A stretch of DNA of 40,561 nucleotides, from NCBI GenBank assembly GCA_964348545.1, contig CAYGDL010000002.1:1-40561 (forward strand). Reading direction: 5' to 3'. Source of the stretch: an uncultured Alphaproteobacteria bacterium (GTDB taxonomy: Bacteria; Pseudomonadota; Alphaproteobacteria; UBA11222). A program made the translations under genes and the position numbers. The notes under the pieces are model-generated. The model was not told the DNA's origin, made no database searches, and saw only the letters and a program-made list of their open reading frames with translations. Of the stretch, positions 38,244 to 40,561 are shown piece after piece (position 1 is the stretch's first letter; each line of letters begins with the position of its first letter).

Positions 38244-40190
38244 ATGTCCAGCGATCAGATTTTCCCCGTCCCCGCCGAATGGGCCAAAAAGGCCTGGGTG
38301 GATAATGATAAATATCTGGCCATGTATGCGGCCTCGGTCAAGGACCCGGCGGCGTTCTGGGGCGAACAGGGCAAACGCATCGACTGGATCAGGCCCTACA
38401 CAAAAATCCGCGACGTGTCGTTCGCGGCCTCGGATTTTCGCATCCGCTGGTATGAAGACGGCACCCTGAACGCCAGCGTCAACTGTATCGACCGGCATCT
38501 GGCCAAACGCGCCGATCAGGTGGCGATCATCTGGGAAGGCGATGAACCCAGCGATGACAGGCGCATCACCTATCGCCAGCTGCATGACGAAGTGTGCCGC
38601 TTTGCCAATGTGCTGAAATCGCGCGGTGTCAAAAAAGGCGACCGGGTCACCATCTATATGCCGATGATCCCGGAGGCTACCTATGCGATGCTGGCCTGTA
38701 CGCGCATCGGCGCGGTGCATTCGGTGGTGTTTGGCGGCTTTTCGGCCGATGCGCTGGCCGGGCGCATACTCGATTGCGCCTCCACCTGCGTCATCACTGC
38801 CGATGAAGGCGTACGCGGCGGCAAAAAAATTCCGCTCAAGGCCAATACGGACGAGGCGCTGCTGCAATGCCCGGAGGTGAAATCCGTCATTACGGTACGC
38901 CGCACCGGCGGCACTGTTGCCATGCAGGCGGGCCGCGACATCTGGTGGCATGAGGCGGCAGCGTCTGTGCCCGCCACCTGCGCGCCCGAGGAAATGAACG
39001 CCGAAGACCCGATGTTTATTCTGTACACGTCCGGATCGACGGGAAAGCCCAAGGGCGTGCTGCACACCACTGGCGGCTATATGGTGTTCGCCAGCATGAC
39101 GCATCATTATGTATTCGATTATCATGATGGCGATATTTACTGGTGCACCGCCGATGTCGGCTGGGTGACCGGGCACAGCTATATCGTCTATGGGCCACTG
39201 TCCAATGGCGCGACGACACTGATGTTTGAAGGGGTGCCGAACTATCCCAGCAGCAGCCGCTTCTGGCAGGTGTGCGACAAGCATCAGGTGAATATATTCT
39301 ATACCGCGCCCACGGCGCTGCGCGCGCTGATGCGCGAAGGCGATGGGCCGGTAAAATCCACCAGCCGCAAAAGCCTGCGCCTGCTGGGATCGGTGGGCGA
39401 ACCGATCAACCCGGAGGCCTGGCTATGGTATCATCGGGTGGTGGGCGATGGGCGCTGCCCGATTGTTGACACCTGGTGGCAGACCGAAACCGGCGGCGTT
39501 CTGATCACGCCATTGCCGGGCGCAACCGCGCTGAAACCCGGTTCGGCGACGCGGCCATTTTTTGGGGTGCAGCCGCAACTGGTCGATGCGGAAGGCGCGG
39601 TGATGGAAGGCGCCGCATCGGGCAATCTGTGCCTGACCGATAGCTGGCCGGGACAGATGCGCACCGTCTATGGCGATCATCAGCGTTTTATTGAGACCTA
39701 TTTCACCACCTATCCGGGAAAATATTTCACCGGCGATGGGTGCAGGCGCGATGAAGACGGCTATTACTGGATTACCGGGCGCGTCGATGATGTGCTGAAC
39801 GTATCGGGCCACCGCATGGGTACAGCGGAAGTGGAATCCGCACTTGTGGCGCACCGCCATGTGGCCGAGGCCGCCGTGGTGGGCTATCCGCACGACATCA
39901 AGGGCCAGGGCATCTATGCCTATGTCACGCTGAATGCGGGCGTGGAATCGAGCGATGAACTGCGCAAGGAACTGGTGCAATGGGTGCGCAAGGAAATCGG
40001 CCCCATCGCCGCCCCCGATTTATTGCAATGGGCGCCCGGCCTGCCCAAGACCCGTTCAGGAAAAATCATGCGCCGCATCTTGCGCAAGATCGCGGAAAAT
40101 GATTATTCCACCCTGGGCGACATCTCCACCCTGGCCGATCCCAGCGTGGTCGAGGACCTGATCAATAATCGTATGAACAAAGGCGGCTGA
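38244..40190 (+). CDS. acs: Acetyl-CoA synthetase (acetate--CoA ligase)
   Basis: 648 aa. AMP-binding motif [19 protein letters not shown], and the C-terminal [11 protein letters not shown] containing the regulatory lysine motif. Confidence 0.97.
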   Translation: MSSDQIFPVPAEWAKKAWVDNDKYLAMYAASVKDPAAFWGEQGKRIDWIRPYTKIRDVSFAASDFRIRWYEDGTLNASVNCIDRHLAKRADQVAIIWEGDEPSDDRRITYRQLHDEVCRFANVLKSRGVKKGDRVTIYMPMIPEATYAMLACTRIGAVHSVVFGGFSADALAGRILDCASTCVITADEGVRGGKKIPLKANTDEALLQCPEVKSVITVRRTGGTVAMQAGRDIWWHEAAASVPATCAPEEMNAEDPMFILYTSGSTGKPKGVLHTTGGYMVFASMTHHYVFDYHDGDIYWCTADVGWVTGHSYIVYGPLSNGATTLMFEGVPNYPSSSRFWQVCDKHQVNIFYTAPTALRALMREGDGPVKSTSRKSLRLLGSVGEPINPEAWLWYHRVVGDGRCPIVDTWWQTETGGVLITPLPGATALKPGSATRPFFGVQPQLVDAEGAVMEGAASGNLCLTDSWPGQMRTVYGDHQRFIETYFTTYPGKYFTGDGCRRDEDGYYWITGRVDDVLNVSGHRMGTAEVESALVAHRHVAEAAVVGYPHDIKGQGIYAYVTLNAGVESSDELRKELVQWVRKEIGPIAAPDLLQWAPGLPKTRSGKIMRRILRKIAENDYSTLGDISTLADPSVVEDLINNRMNKGG

Positions 40191-40191
40191 C

Positions 40192-40561
40192 ATGCTCACC
40201 GGCAACACAGAACTACGGCACGATTGGAGCCGCGATGAAATTGCGGCGCTGTTTGATCTGCCGTTTAATGATCTGATATTTGCGGCGCAAACCGCGCACC
40301 GAAAATATTTTGATCCCAACGAAGTGCAGATGAGCACATTGCTGAGCATCAAGACCGGCGGCTGCCCCGAAGATTGCGGCTATTGCGCGCAGTCGGCCAA
40401 GTTTGAAACGCCGGTCAAGGCCGAAAAGCTGATGTCCGTTGAGACGGTGCTGGCCGAGGCGAAACGTGCCAAGGAGGCGGGCGCCAGCCGCTATTGCATG
40501 GGGGCCGCATGGCGCAACCCCAAGGACAAGGATCTGGAAACGGTTTGCCAGATGGTCGAGG
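40192..40561 (+). CDS. bioB: Biotin synthase, N-terminal part (runs off the window edge)
   Basis: ATG at 40192, 1 nt after the acs stop. My translation is [68 protein letters not shown]..., with the radical-SAM CxxxCxxC motif. Absent from the ORF track because it is open to the edge. Confidence 0.9.
   Translation, partial: MLTGNTELRHDWSRDEIAALFDLPFNDLIFAAQTAHRKYFDPNEVQMSTLLSIKTGGCPEDCGYCAQSAKFETPVKAEKLMSVETVLAEAKRAKEAGASRYCMGAAWRNPKDKDLETVCQMVE

Overview
This is a 40.6 kb chromosomal segment that looks alphaproteobacterial (yfgM-bamB-der synteny, a DUF2336 gene, 4-nt start/stop overlaps, moderately high GC). All family assignments come from reading the translations for conserved motifs; no database search was run. 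I support about 35 intact CDS, one tRNA-Leu(GAG), three pseudogenes (IS5-family and IS630-family transposase scraps, and a decayed DUF4345 gene) and several repeat families.

Layout, left to right:
- prkA-yeaH stress module (yeaH is cut by the window edge), with a sigma-54-like promoter candidate upstream.
- yfgM-like/bamB/der.
- Aldo-keto reductase, a GFA-family gene, an IS5 scar, cysH, tRNA-Leu, mgtE and ivd.
- An AT-richer orphan beta-helix gene.
- A same-strand GGDEF-DUF2336-SDR-M20 cluster.
- HAD nucleotidase and ycgN.
- From about 20.9 to 31.0 kb, a recognisable XrtA/PEP-CTERM exopolysaccharide core cassette: export lipoprotein, chain-length determinant, tyrosine autokinase, TIGR03016-type outer membrane protein, ATPase, deacetylase, FemAB-like protein and a fused XrtA-EpsI exosortase.
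- An IS630 scar, then trmJ, cimA, cysS, gltX, an enoyl-CoA hydratase, acs and bioB (partial).

Items most worth a second look:
1. The exosortase cassette is incomplete in this window. It has no PEP-CTERM substrate, no glycosyltransferases and no PrsK/PrsR. Its exosortase gene is inverted and ends next to IS debris.
2. An 82-nt C5/G5-rich repeat element interrupts the IS630 transposase remnant, and a second copy sits beside the IS5 remnant.
3. A purine-rich repeat family occurs as two inverted pairs around bamB. Its copies encode both the BamB signal peptide and the charged tail of the upstream protein.
4. G/C homopolymer tracts cluster at the entry to the EPS locus.
5. A strong-SD 13-codon uORF abuts the ATPase start codon.

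I found no CRISPR array, rRNA, intact IS element, or obvious defence or toxin system.
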